Source: Amoebophrya sp. A120 (lineage: Eukaryota; Protista; Dinoflagellata). Taken from it: a stretch of 64,000 nt of DNA. The notes beneath the pieces were generated by a model. It saw nothing but the letters and a program-made list of their open reading frames with translations. It was not told where the DNA came from and did not search any database. Positions 37,555 through 51,182 of this stretch are shown piece after piece (the first letter of the stretch is position 1; each line of letters opens with the position of its first letter). Where the stretch lies: NCBI GenBank assembly GCA_905178155.1, contig CAJINV010000014.1, forward strand, positions 1,629,984 to 1,693,983. The letters run 5' to 3'. The position numbers and the translations under genes were made by a program.

Positions 37555-40500
37555 CTAGGCAGCGGTGGACTGGAGAATCGTATAGGCGCGCTTCAACTTC
37601 GCAAAGGCGTCTTTGCAACCCGTCGGGAAGCGCGGATCCAGTTCCTTCTCTTTCCTGTTGTATGCATTCTTGATGTCGCGCTGCGACGCACTGGACGTCA
37701 CCCCCAGAAACATTCGGGCCCAGTTTTCACGCACGGCGGGATCGCTGGAATCTTGAGGCTTGAGTGAGTTGGCTAGGACCATCACCTGTGTGGTTACAGA
37801 AAAAAGACACAGAGTCTTTGGAACAGTTGCAGTTGGCATTCTTTTTTATTTGCTTACTCGCAATAAAATTATTTTGTCAACATTTCCAATTTTCCGAACC
37901 TCCTCGGAGGTGCTATGCAAGGCGGTTCTTGCGGTGAAAAAAAATTTGCCTGAATATTTGAGGCAAAAATGTTGCCTCCTCCGTGCTATATGAGACGAAA
38001 ATTTCGCCTCAATATAGCTTTAGATACCCACGTAAAATCGCAACACATATAATCAATTATCACCGCAGACACTAGCAAGTAGCAGATCATGAAGGAAACA
38101 AGTCATGCAGTTGTTATTTTGTACCCGCTTTTCCATTTCAGCTTTCATATCGTTCAGCTCGCGACGGCTTTCTATGGAAGAGGCGTCAGCAGCTAGTGCT
38201 TCAATGTGAAGCGCAACCAAATCAATTTGGCGCTGCAAGACCTTCAGGAAGTTTCGCGACATTGCAAGGTTCTGGAAGGCGTCCACGTTGATCAAGAGCT
38301 GTTCCTTCAAGAGCTTTAATCTTGCTTCAGTGGTTCTTTTTTCATGCGCGAGAGACTCCAACAAGATGCGTTTCTGCTGCTCGAAAGTGCTCGCCTGATC
38401 AAATGCCCTGTTTAGTTTTTGCAATTCCTTCACCTGCAACATCGATTCACAAGAAGATGAAGAAAAGCTACAACGAACATGGCGCGATGAGTGAAAAAGT
38501 ATCACGATACAATACAAATTTGAATAATATGCGAGCGTGCTCGTACCAGGAGAAGATTACAATAACATTGACACCGCAAAGAACCAAAGGTAGACCAGCT
38601 GGAAGTTGTGTTTTGTTACATAAGTAGTTGCACCAGATACAGCAAGGGTAAAGCGCGTACTTCTTTTTCGTATCGTTGAGTCGGTGGATCGTTTTCTCCT
38701 TCTCCTCCCACTTGACTTCATTATGGTAGTGATAGCTGTAAGCATGACCACATTCTGCACAGTGATCTTTCCGCGTGAAGCCGTGGCCGCTATCTGTGCA
38801 GGGATGGCACATCGCCGCGCATCCGCGAAACACTTCGGGGTCAAACGATTTGCACAAAGTGCAATTTAAATGGCAGTTGCAATGACAGCCAGGGTAATTG
38901 CAAAGCGTGTTGTGGCTTGCGGTTGCCGTTGTCACCCACTGTTTTTGCTTCTTGGCGACCATGTAGTTTTCGTTGAGCTGCTTTTTGTTCGAAGCAGCCT
39001 CGAGATCCTTTCGCGCTTTGTCCAATTGTGTGTCGAGGTCTTGCTCTGCTCGGTATTGTGCCAAAATGTCGACGAAGTTCTTATCGATTTGCTGTTTCTT
39101 GGCATGTAAATCCAGAAACTTGTTTGTGTGAATGGGAATTTGAAATTTCGGCTTTTGCAGCACGTCAAAGAGATCCTCCAAGCGGCGGGCGCCCTGCTCG
39201 AAAGCGATTTTCAAGCCCGAAGATATCATGTCGTTGTTGTAGTAGGAGGCATTGTATCTTCCAGATAGGTTCTTTGCTTTTTCCACGCGGGCATACGGAT
39301 TTTCGATAAATGTCCAGTTTAGTTTTGGCGTTGATGTAGCTGCACTTACAGATGCCATCAGCAGATTGCTCTCGAGCTCGGCCATGTCGAAGTTCAGGTC
39401 GAGACCATCGTTGGCATTTGTGAACAACACAAACACATTGTTGATCACTCCAGCGGGCATTATCGAAGAAATCTGCGAAAGGACATACTTCAACATCGGA
39501 TTCATGCGCGATTCCCGCCCATTAATGACCAAGCAAATGGCATTAATGAAGTTGACGCCTTCGATCGCCTCCAGAATCTTACTGACGTGCCGCTTGTCGT
39601 GTTCAAATCCACGACTATCACCAAAGCCGGGGGTGTCGATGACTCGAAGCTTGGAGCCTTATAAATATATGTGTCATTCAAATCTATTTGGCGAATCTTG
39701 TTTAGAGATAGTTAAGCGGCGCAGAACGGTCCCAAGGAATGTTCGTTTTAAAAGGGCTAGGGTCGAGGTCAATCATGTTCATGGGAAATCTTGCTTGTTT
39801 TTGACAACGACAAGAAAACAAAAGTGACAAAAATCCTATCAGGCAAGAAGTGAAAGTGTTTGTGTTCATCAGGATGAAAACATAACAAGTTGACTCGTCC
39901 TGTTCACATAGTCATTTCTATATTTTTCAACTGCATATTGGTATTACCTGTAACGTTGGCGTGATACAACTCGGGACTTGGCGTCCGGCAGGTCGGGCAC
40001 TCGTTCCTCTGTTGTAGCCAAGCTGCGATAAATTCATTGACATTTTTGCATCTAGTACTTATTCATCGACACCGGGATATCCATATCGGTGTCCTGTAAA
40101 TTGAAAATGCAATGTGGTCGAGTCGTGTCTCACAGGGCGTATTGAACCGATTGAGTCCACGGGGGCACCGGGCCGCAGGCACTGCAACCGAGGTTCGGGT
40201 CGAACATAACTAGAAGTTCAAAATAATCAAAATGTAGACGTTTTAATACGAGCAAGGCAGCTGCGATGGAAAAAATGAGGCTTCGGACATCCGTGAGTTT
40301 GAACCCAGGTAGCATGAGGATCGTCTGAAGCAAAGCCCTGGCAAATCCCGCACTGCTTGTCGCCAAAGGATACATCATACACTTTTGCGCCGCTTGTCTT
40401 GCTGGCCATGCGATCCTCCAACGAGTTTTCCAGCGTGATTTCGTTGAAGTTGCGGAATTGTTCGATTTTCATTTCGCTGTGCTCCACCACCGCATCCATG

Positions 40501-40795
40501 TTGCACAGAAGGTTCAGGAAGGACGTCTTACCTATCGATGCATCGAATGTGAAATTTCGGCATGAAGGGAGAGCATGAGCAGTCCAAAGCTAATACAGAA
40601 AAATCACAGACATCGTGCAGTCCGCCTCGGCGGTGGGAGGCATCTCTTTTTATTGAGTTCTTCTGTACCTGAGCCGGTCGGACCAAGCAGCAAGAGATGG
40701 AATGGGCCTTGTCCTTGTTTCTGTTCTTGTGCTGTTCGAGAAAACAAGCGATGCCAGGCATCCCTGAATTGCTTCTTGATACTTGACTCACTCAT
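37555..40795 (-). CDS. P-loop GTPase (AIG1/septin-like) with Cys/His-rich region, coiled coil and a possible C-terminal J-like domain
   Basis: The GT-AG intron 40532-40668 reconstitutes GPTGSGKTS; G3 motif VIDTPGFGD near 39620-39645; HNTLC...CHCNCHLNC...CGH..YHYH. J-like exon at 37555-37790; its linkage to the gene is inferred. Confidence 0.75.
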
Positions 40796-41665
40796 TCTGG
40801 TATCGTCGCCGTCTACTTGGCAGTTCTACTTAGTTGCGAAGAAAAAAATTCCACGACGACAATGTGTGAATGATATTGAAGTGGAAGGTACTTTGTACCG
40901 CGCTCCAGTGGAACAAAAACCCGAACAAAATAATTGAGTAGTGTCACGCTTTCTAACGAAGGTAAAATAAATGGTAAAAATGTCCCTCAATAACTTACTT
41001 CTCCCTGGAGGAGTTCGGCGAAAATGTCCACTCATCATGAAGATCTCCCCTAAATGCGTCGGGATCCGATTTCTGATCATGATCAGGCTGCGTTGCCAGA
41101 GCCAAGGAAGTCTGACAATAGACTCGTAGATGTGGATGTCGACGAAAACCCATTGAGGTACCTACACGTACATGGCGCAGGAAGATCGAGTTCAACATGA
41201 AACATGTTGGTTACTTTTTGGCACTAGAAATGAGATCGCGATCATCTGGCTGCACCACAATCCGTGTGCTACTATCTATCAGGCCTTCTAAAGAAGGAGT
41301 TCATTCGCCAGCGTATTGCTATTGGCATCTGTTGTATCGAAACAAGCTCAGCTTCTAAATCAGTACTTTTTCCGTCGAGGCCGAGGGCGTTTCTACTTCA
41401 TCTCATTACAATTACTCATCACACAATAACGCAAAATCATAGAAGAAGGAGAATACGAATAGAAAGAGGAATCTACTTTTCGTAGAGGGTAGATCACGGT
41501 GTACGTGTATCTCGTCGTCATATCACTTTAGTTATAGTTATTTATCAGATTTCGATTTGTCCGCCTTTGGCTGTGCGCTTTTTGTTCTTGTTTTACTCAA
41601 GGCGTAGATCGAAAAGCGCGTCGACAAGAAATGGAGCAAAATTGACACATGTTCGTGTTGGCTGC

Positions 41666-42391
41666 CTAGTGAGAGTTTGTTACGCGTTGCCGCTTTAGAA
41701 GCCCCTCCTGCCCCGCTGCAGCATTCTCTTTCACGACCGTCGATTCGTCCGTCCCTCTTTCTCCCCCTTCTTCCGCCTTCCGCTTGCGTTGTTCCTGCCG
41801 GCGTTCGAACTTGCAGCGCGGACAGGCATTTTTGTTCGGCAAGCGATCGTCCTCCATGGCTTTGCACTTGGGGTGGCCACAGTCGGGAAAAACGGCATTG
41901 CACACGTGCTGCCCATTCTCCGCGTCGACGTGGAGGAAGCCAAGACAGCCGAAAAGGAGGAACTCCTGGCCGCAGCGGAGACACATCACCTCCGAGTCCT
42001 CCATGTCGAACTGGGCACGGAATTCGCCGACGAGCGGACAAAACGGTCCCATGGGACACAGCTGGTCCAGATTGATGACTTCCTCGCACTCGGTGCACGA
42101 GCCTTGTTCTTCGTCGTGGCAAAATCTGCATCTGGTTTTCATCAGGGTTTGCAAGCATTCGGCACACACGTTCGCGTAACACCCGCACGGCGACTGTGTG
42201 ACCGGTTCGTGCTTGATGTTGTCCTGCGAGGCAGTGATATTGCAGATGTCACAGACGCCGGTTGTTGTGCCGCCGCCGGCGTCGTCACTTGATTCGCCGT
42301 AGTAACCACTGCTTTCCTCCTCCTCTTCGTCATCGCTGTTCCACGGTGGGGGACCAGCGCCAAAATGACCTCGGAATGCCTTTGTTTTCAT
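41666..42391 (-). CDS. Cys-rich RING-like / Zn-finger protein, paralog 1
   Basis: CDIC...PCGC...CAEC...CRFC followed by CTEC...CPMGPFCPL...CLRC...HVC...CGHPKC. Confidence 0.75.
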   Translation of the reverse strand: MKTKAFRGHFGAGPPPWNSDDEEEEESSGYYGESSDDAGGGTTTGVCDICNITASQDNIKHEPVTQSPCGCYANVCAECLQTLMKTRCRFCHDEEQGSCTECEEVINLDQLCPMGPFCPLVGEFRAQFDMEDSEVMCLRCGQEFLLFGCLGFLHVDAENGQHVCNAVFPDCGHPKCKAMEDDRLPNKNACPRCKFERRQEQRKRKAEEGGERGTDESTVVKENAAAGQEGLLKRQRVTNSH

Positions 42392-43025
42392 TTTCTACTT
42401 CGATGAGGGGCCTCGTTTTCTAAACCAAACGAGCGCAAAAAGAACAAAAAAGCTGCGCGTCTTCGTGTTGTACTTTATAAATAGGGGAGGTCGAGGTGCC
42501 ATATCTGGCGAAGAGAGAAAACAACGAAATACACGAGAACGACGAGATTCAAGACGATATCGATGCTTGCGTGTTTCTACCGTAGCTCGTTGCGGAACTG
42601 GAACAACAACTACTGCACCCCATTTTTACAACACGAAACATTCGGAAACGAAAAATGCTTTGCCTCTCGAACGATTTGCTTTTTTATTTTTTGGCGATCG
42701 GCTGTTGGTTTTGAATTTGAAGACAAAACTAGAACGCCATCGACGAGACATTTCTCATGCATTATGATCGGAGAATCCTCTCCTGTTGTACAAGCGGCGC
42801 TGCCGTGTCTGCAACTTGGCCCTGCAGCCAAGGACTTCAGAGCCAGCAAAGTTCAATTTTGTTGATGCACATTGCACACTAAAAACGGAAGGCGAACCAA
42901 GAATAGGAGTTGAAAATTGCCTTTCATTCGTGTGGTGTCTGCATCACATCAGAGTCTTTGGCGGCGCCATATTGGCCACACAGGTTTTATATTTCGTTCT
43001 CGTGCGCGAGCGTTTGCTCCTGCTC

Positions 43026-44252
43026 TTACTTTCTCTGTTCAATTTTCTGGCGCTTCAAGGTGGAGGTGTCATCGGTTGCCCCCTCTTCATCCTCCGCTAG
43101 TAGAGTGAGACGGTCGCTTTCGTCGATGCCCCTCTTGGTCTCCGCGTGCAGCGCGGCATTTGTTGTATCTCCGATTTCCGCTACTTTTGATGATTTGGCG
43201 ACCTCTAGTACGATTCTCCCATCGTCGTCGTCCTCTTTGTTGTCTTCTTCGTGCGTCTGCCGAGCCCGCTCGCGCCCCTTTTCCGCGGACTTTCGCGTCT
43301 TCTCGTTTTCCCACTCCAGATGCGCGCAGACACCGCATACAGTGTCCTCTGGATTCTCCTCATCCTCAACGAGGCAGCACCTCGGGTGGCCGCACTTCTC
43401 GAATTTGTCCAGGCACTCGTGTTCGCCGGTGCACTCGTCGATCAAGTCGGCGTGGCGACCTCGGAAAAAGCCGTAGCGGTCCGCATGGATAAAACAAATG
43501 TGCTCCACCTCATGGCCATCGCCCATCGTCAGATCCCGGATCTCGGAGACAAGCGGGCACCCCTCGCCCATCGGACACAGATTCGTCAAGTCGACCAGGG
43601 CCTCGCAATGAATACAGCAATCTGGTGGTGGAAATGATAATAGATATTAAGTGAGTTGATGACTGTAGTCCATTTGACTTCTTCTCTAAGTCTTAGACTG
43701 TTCCGCGACCTAGTACAACTTCTGTTGTTTTTCGTTCCTGTAAAAATCTTCTTACCTGCTGAGTCGTCACGCATCAAGTGGCATGTAGATCTATTAGTAC
43801 AGGCTGGTTCTACTACGAAAATAAAGTATACCTCTTTCTAAGCTGTCCCTCCAGGCGAATGAGTTGCAGAATGTGCACTTCTATCCTGTGCAAAAGTGTC
43901 GCATTGCTGCTACTTGTTGTAATGCAGCGTGACAGATCCGGTTCCGGTTCCTGTTTTCTCTTTCTGCCTGATTCAGCATCAAAAATACAGCTTCGCTTGG
44001 TGGCAGATTTGTCATGAAGTGTGAATGCTCACCACCACTAGTGTAGTGCGATACTTTTGCAATGCAAAGCTTCATGTCGGTAAGTTCCTCATAGCATCCG
44101 TTGCAGAGATAGTCCCATGCGCCATCCTCTGTATGTCGGCATTCACAATAGAGATAATGGCACACAGAATTCGAGTGAAGCTCCACTTCGTCGCAATACT
44201 CGCAGAAAAGAGGTCGATCTTCACGCACCATGATCGTGCTTCTGTGCACCAA
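43026..44252 (-). CDS. Cys-rich Zn-finger protein, paralog 2 (at least 2 exons; start uncertain)
   Basis: CEYC...CEC...CNGC in ORF 43881-44252; CIHC...CPMGEGCPL...HEC...CGHPRC in and just upstream of ORF 43026-43589. Confidence 0.65.
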
Positions 44253-45177
44253 GGGTAATATGAAAGAAGTAGGATATCTACTCGTGTGCCATCAATGAAG
44301 GGCTTGAGGTTGTATTTTTCAGAGTCTACTACTACTGTTGGGGTTGATCTTGTTGACGCATGGCAGACGCACAGCACTCTATCACTATCTGTGTTAGTAC
44401 AACACCAAAAATAAAAAAAAAAATAGAGAACGAATAGGACACAGGTTGCGTGGGAGACACCGATACCCTACCCAAGTGAATTTCGAGCCAGCCAGGTGCT
44501 GAAAAAAAGTACAAAAATGTAGCGAATAAGCCCTGACTCCCTTACCACGACGAAGCCCTGAATGCATCCACGATGACGATGGTAATGGTCCTCAATGACC
44601 ACTGCAGTGTCGTTTCGTTCGGCAGTGAGGTACGAAAAGCTGGTGTGTTGTTTTGATGGCGAAGCCAGGACGATGGCGATGTCGCGGCATTGTGCAAACC
44701 CGAAGCAAAAAAAGCTTCGCAGGCTGATTAGCGACTGTGCATTTCCTTTTCCTGACAACTGCTGGCGCCACAGAGTTTTGCATCAATTTGCACTTCAGTA
44801 GTTCCAATATTCAAAAATGAAAATCTTCGTTTCCAGGAGATCCGCAGTCCGAAAATATTTGTGGTTCGTTATTTTGTTGTCAAAGAAGGCGCTCACTCAG
44901 TTCGTGACTGAGATAAAGCAGTAAAAATGCTGGGGCGGCGCCAAAAAGTAAAAGTTGAAGTTCAGGTTGGAAGCTCTGGCTCATCTGCCATGCCAATTAT
45001 TTCGCTAGTAGCACTACATTTTAGACAGCGATGAAGTATTGTCAGAAAAGCCATGAAGTCGATCTATATCGTACATGAGAGAGACAGAGATTCTTGTTGA
45101 GAAAGGAACGAAGAAACTTGGAGAAAAAGACCTCCGCACGCCCTCCGAACCGACTTTCCACCCGCCGTCCGCCGCCT

Positions 45178-46255
45178 TCACTTTTTCACTTTCTGCCGCT
45201 TGACAAAATCCGCGAACGTTTGACTTTTGACCCCCGCCCGCTCCAGCGTATCCAGATCGGCAAGGATCGCCTGCTCTTCGCAGGACGACCGTGGACACTG
45301 GTCCTTCTTGTACAGACTGCACCTCGCGTGTCCACACGGCTGGAAAAACTTTTCCCCTGCGAAGCGCGGAGTCGTGTCGTCGCCGACCTCGTAGCACAAC
45401 TTCAGCTCCTCTTCCTCCTTCAGTGTGATGTAGCAGTCGTGCTTAAAGTGAAGCGAAAACTCACGCTCAAAACATGTGCGACATAGGCATTGGATATCAT
45501 CCACACAAAGCTCCTCGTAAAGGATTTTCTGAATCAGCGGACAGTCTTCTCCCATGCGACAAACTTGTTTCGGATTCTTGAGCAGCTTCTCGCACTTGGT
45601 ACAGGAACCTGTTTCGATATATGGCTCTGTAGAAGTTGAAATTTCAACAATAAAAAAACCGGCGAAATCAAAGTCATTAGGTCATACATATGCTAAAAGG
45701 AGATTGCACCACGGTGGGCAACAGCAGGTTAAGTCCATCAAAACCACTTTTCGACGAGCAAGCAGTCGATATACCTCCACAGTCTTTGTTGTTGTCGTCC
45801 TGGCCACATATGAAACAGTGATTCATTTTCACACTCCTCCCGCAGTCAAAGCAGAGCTTTCTGTAGCACCTGCACGGCAACTCCGGGTCACACAGTAAAA
45901 ACTCAGGTCCGCCGTAGCGTTTCCGCGGATCTTCGCCACATTGTTCGCAGAAGTACTGGTCATCATCGTCATCGACCGGCCATTCCAAATCTGGCCCTTG
46001 AGCTTCCAGAATGTCACGTATAAGCTGCGAGTCGACTGCGGAGTCATGCTGTTCCTCTGCCTCTTCGTCAGAGTAACAGTCGAGTTCAGATAGATAGGCA
46101 GAAAGGTCGTCGCTATCACACCCGGTCTCCTTTTTTGCCTCCTCCCACTCCTCGGCGGTGTACAATCGATGCCGCTTCGGAACTAGGCTGTGGGGACTCA
46201 CCAAGTCTTGGAGGTGCGGATTTTCTTCAGTGCCCGGCATGCTGACGTGTTGCAA
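45178..46255 (-). CDS. Cys-rich Zn-finger protein, paralog 3 (at least 2 exons)
   Basis: CEQC...PCRC...CFDC...CFIC in ORF 45677-46255; CTKC...CRMGEDCPL...CRTC...HDC...CGHARC in 45178-45605. Confidence 0.7.
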
Positions 46256-46681
46256 AATTTCGAATTGATCTTAGCAAGTAGAAAAGAACTCGACCAAAAC
46301 ATATCCTATGAAATAAATGGGTGCTCGGCCCGAATATAACAAGAAACTAACAAGCATATTAGCACTCATAAACATGGTTTTATTGTTGAATAATTTGTCG
46401 CGACTGTAAATGAAAGAGCCTCGTCTCCATGATTTGGCGCTCAGTAGACTTGTTCCCTCCGGTTGCACTCATAGTCAGTCCTCCGACAAATACGAATCAA
46501 GACGAATCGCTGTGCTTGTGAGAACACAAATCTCACAGGAGCTATACGAGGACCACAAGCAGGCACACACAAAACGAAGATTAGCATGGCCACGGCTAAG
46601 CTCAAGAAGGCGCATCGTACCTACACGACTGCGCAACCTCTAATGGATCTGGATCATGAAGATGTCGTGCACTTCTTCTGT

Positions 46682-49600
46682 TCAATCCAAAACATCCATC
46701 ACATCCAACTCGAGCATTTCCAACTCCAACGGCCCACTTTGCACTTCTTGCAAAAACCGTCTCAACTTTAATTCCTGCTCAAGCTTTTCAACCTCCATTT
46801 CCTGTTCGTCGAGGGGCAGGTGGTCGATTGTGGTACTACGCGGTGGACCCGCGCCTGCTATACTTTCTACTTCCTGGTGCTGGTGCCCGGGGCGGGCCTG
46901 AAAAGATCCATCGTTCTTGCGCTGTTGGTCCTCGTCGTCCTGGCTGCCGCCCCCATTCTTGGTAGTGTCGCGGCCGCCCGTCTCCGTTACAACACCTGCA
47001 TGAAACAGCCCGCTTTGGTTCATCAAATCTTTCAAACTTGGACTCGTCCGTCCGTAGTCGCCATTCACCAGCTCCTTGATGTAGCACCCGGCATCCGCGT
47101 GTACCATCAGCCAGAAGGTTGTGTCGTTGACAAATTTCACGTGGGAAATGTTCAAAATCTTCTTCTCGCGGACAATGTTCGACCGCCTATGCACGACTCG
47201 AAACGGGGTTTGCTGCTTCAAGGCGATCGGAAACAGGGAAGTTTTTTGGCTGTCATAATTCCTGGGATCTTCATCTTCAATATGATTTTGGTCATGATTT
47301 TGTTGTAAAAATTTCTTCCCGAACTCTTCCTCCAAGAGATTCTTGTCCAACTTCCGACTGCTTCTGACCAGACAGCCGTAGATTTTCGTGTGTTTCTCCG
47401 CGTTTTGCTGCAAAAGTTGGACAAACTGCTTGATTATGCATCGCAAATTTGTCTGGGCCTGGATGTTAAAGGCACTCGTTTTTTTGCCATGCTAAGTCGT
47501 GCATGACTACGGGGCGGTCTTTTGTACGTACTCAAGACACGGAGGTACCACACGTTTATTTGTAGGCCTCAGTGCGAATTCGACTGTATTTCGCATCACA
47601 CATCACTAACGAGGAGCTTCGAGCATGACAAAAAATGAACCAATCGTGGCTGTTGTCGTCGTGCTTCACCTCACATGTTGCTGTTGCATGACAAGAATTC
47701 CAGACCCAGACATAATTTTTGCAATTCATATTGGTCGTCGGTTTGAAATCGTGCACCGCAATGTGCTGCTCTTCCTTCACCAATTCCTCCTCCGTTTTCA
47801 GTTTGTGGAACAAGGTTTTGTGAGTTGCCGGTAGGTTCGCATACCAGTGCCAATGGTACAGGTTGTAGTCATATGGATTGTAAAAGTGTCTGGGTCTGGA
47901 AGAATGCAACTTGTGATGCTGCATTTGGATTCCAAAAAAATCTGTATTGCATGAGTAGCAAAAGGAGTATAATTCTTGCTACAAGGATAGGGCATTTGTC
48001 ATGCGAAATAGGCATCAAGATGCCCTCAAAAAATATGTGATGCTAGGGCGTGCATCACAGACATCACGGCTCATGCAAGACGTGCATCACAAGTCTCAGA
48101 ATCTTCCAGACCCAGACATTTTTACATTTGATAAGTCATCCTTCTCGGTTTTCTTGCTCTTCGCCAGCTCCACCGCTTGCACCATGAAGTGTGTTGTTGT
48201 TCTTGATGGTAGTTGTACGGAAAAATCTTGTTCAACAAGGCCTGTTGAAGAAGGCTGCCCCAAGCAGGTCAACATTTGCATCGGTCTTTTCCGCGCGTCA
48301 AAGATTTCCAACACAAACGGCCGGCCATTTTTCCCCAACATTCGCACGTCCACGTCCTCGCGGCCCGCGGCGTGGAATTTTATCTGAGAATTGGCTGCTT
48401 GTTTTCCTTTTTCTCCAGGAATTATTCCGAACCTTTCCGCGACAGGCGCAATGATCAAGTCTTCCACCGAGTACTTGGCTTTCATCTGGTCTTTCTCTTC
48501 CTCATTCGACGCGCCGCCCCCGCCTCCGAGGTGCCAGGGCGTTTGACTCAATTCCCGACTGTACTTGTTATAGCGCCCCTGGTAGAAGAGCGAGGATCGC
48601 TTGACGGAGATGATCTTGGGCTTCAAGACGATAGAGGCATTCATTTTAGCATTAGCTGGTCGTGCGGTTTTCGTTTTTGATTCAAATTGAGCATCTCCTT
48701 CTTCTTCTTCTTCTTCTAATAGGTTGATGTCTTGATTTGCAGTTCTGTTCGCCGGGTCCTTGACGTACCGGTAGATTTCTTGACACAAGTCCCGGAACAG
48801 GACTTCTTGGGTGTCAAAATTCTCATACTTCAAACGCAGCTTCGCGATTTTCGTTTCTCCAGCAGTTGTGGTAGCAGCCTGGTGCTGCAGGTGTTCTGCT
48901 TCTGGTGCATCAGCTCCTTCGGAGATCAGGATTTTAGCGTTGTTTTTTCCACCCTCCTGGTTCGAGTCGCTTGCCTTCCCTCGTCGCTTGCCTTCACTCA
49001 TGCCTTTCCCTTTCCCTTTCCTCCTTCGCTTCGCCGCCCGAGCGCCGGACTTAGTCGAGTTCAAAATTGTCTCGATTTTGCTGAGCGCGAGGAGTGCGTG
49101 CTCTGACATCTCGAAGCCTAACTTGACTTCCAATTTACCTTGTCGTTGCTCTAGTTCGGCTTGCAATTGTAATTGCTGTGCGAGTGAAGAGCGTTTGTCA
49201 TCAGCACCATCTTTGTCGGCTGCGGCTCCTGCTGCTGGCGCTGGGGGTTTGACAGCGTTGTTGTGGTTATTAGAAGCCACTTGTTGCCGCTGCTGGTCCG
49301 TTACTTGGATCACGACGTTTTCGACTCTGACCTGAGAAAAATGCGTTCTACTGCTTGATGTTGCGTATCCGGGCCTCTTTTGATTCTTTGCAGCCCCAGC
49401 CCCTGCCCCGCCGGCAATGATTGTACTAGATGCAGCAAAAGAGGTACTAGAGGTCGTCGGGGCATCAACCTCTTGGTCAGCAGCTGTCGCAAGAGAAAGC
49501 GCTCCTTCTATGCAAGACTTCGTTGCGTCGGTCAAGTTGTCCATTAGGTTCCGCGTCGTCATGGCTGTCGTGTGATTTGTTCCAGCCTTGTTGGCAACAT

Positions 49601-50105
49601 CCTTGTCATCCAGTAGGACAGGTTCGTTCAACACGAGTTCCTGCCAGAGCAACAGTGGGTGGGGTTCCGGCGTTGTCAACAGGACTATCGGTTCGTACTG
49701 GACATCTTGCTGTGCCCCCTCGGAACAAAGAAGTGCAGCAGAGCTCGAAGAGGCACTGCTTGTTGTTCCGGTTGAACTAGTAGCGACTGGGAACAACGTC
49801 GCCGTGACTGGATTTTTAATTGTGACCGAAGTTGTCGAGGTGAACCCTTCGTCTTGGTTGAGGCGGGTGGTCAAGGGCTGCAGGAAGTCACTGGTAGTCG
49901 TGTCGTTGAGGATGCCTTCGACGGTGACTACAACGCTGCTGGTGGAGTTTGTGGGATTCAAATTTGAATTGGAAAAATTCGACCCCTGCGCGACCTTGTG
50001 GTCCGGTTCCTCTCCGACGGCATTCGTGGCAGCTGCCGGAAGTACAGGCACTACTGCTGGTGCAATTGGCGTCGTCATCTTCTCGGCTGGCTGCGGAGGG
50101 GGCAT
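46682..50105 (-). CDS. PUS10: tRNA pseudouridine synthase Pus10, three exons separated by two introners
   Basis: GRYNKYSRELSQTPW, KFHAAGREDVDVRMLG..GRPFVLEI, QQTPFRVVHRR, AGCYIKELVNGDYGRTSPSL, LELDVMDV. Confidence 0.95.
47435..47730. mobile_element. Introner, family A, TSD TTGAT/TTGGT
   Basis: TATGCATCGCAAATTTGTCTGGG ... CCCAGACATAATTTTTGCAATTCATA; removal restores the PUS10 frame; no GT-AG at its ends. Confidence 0.85.
47872..48133. mobile_element. Introner, family A, TSD AGTCA
   Basis: TIR core TGTCTGGGTCTGGAAGA / TCTTCCAGACCCAGACA; perfect 5-bp TSD; removal restores the PUS10 frame; no GT-AG at its ends. Confidence 0.88.
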
Positions 50106-51182
50106 GGTTTCTTTCTGTAGAGACTGAATGTAGTGGTCGCAGCTGCAGCGAGCAGCGGGCTGAAATCTGTTGTACTAGACGAGGACAGAAATACCTCGAG
50201 GAAAAATACGTAGTTGATGAAACAGAAGCCGAAAAACACTGGGAATGTCGCCGACCTGTGAGGAACAAAAATAAAAGCTAGCTTGAGGCTGGAGCAACAA
50301 CATTCAAGATGTTTGAATCATCTGTCATGCTCATACATCAGGTGGAATTATTGTGATCTGGCAAAAGCTAGAGCTTGAATCTCATCGACATGCTGCATCT
50401 TCTGTGTCTACAAAGTAAATATCATCAGCGATGGGGATCTGCTGAACCTCGGCTAATGCGCTAGATATAGATCTTTTGTTGCGCGACCACAGGAGGGTTC
50501 AGACCTCAGATCTCCATGTAGGATCACAAGAACTTGCTCTTCATCTCCTTGTCGAGATCCAAGATCCACTTATTTGCTTTTCTGAAGCCTAGCACTCCGT
50601 TGTACTTGAGTACTCGATCTTCGTCCACTGTAGCAAAAAAATGCGATGAGTTTCCAGCTTGGCGGACGCTGCTCTCGACCACTGCCACGGAAGGACCACT
50701 GTCATGGGTGGAAACAAATATCCAGGGGCTACTAGATTCATACATAAATCAGAATCAGGTTGAGGTTGGGAACCGCCGACGTGGCATTCCTTTTTGTTGA
50801 TTTCTTTTTTCTCGTAGGTACATCTACGCTCGCTGGTCAAAGACGTTTAGTAAACTGCGAGGACTGCGTGCTCAAAGTTTCTTTTTCATCAGACGATAGT
50901 TTACACTAGTCACCACGACAAAAAATCGCTTCGGCTTTTTTTCGATTCGTCTCTGCGACTGCGGCACCGCATGATCACAAGGAACGACCTTGCAGCGTTC
51001 CGTTCAATACTTAGCAAAAGATAAGAATGGTCATCAAAACTTCAAGCGCGCTACGCACAAAATTTGTAGCGAACAACATTTCATCATTATGGACTTGATT
51101 CTATCTTCGAACATGGAATTGAATCTTCATTTATCAAAAACTACGCCTCCTTCAACATTTTAATTTTTTCAACTTTTTCCCC

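Noticed and set aside
50524-50745. 73-aa ORF between PUS10 and the DUF3712-like gene
   Set aside because: No motif or splice context sufficient to call it.
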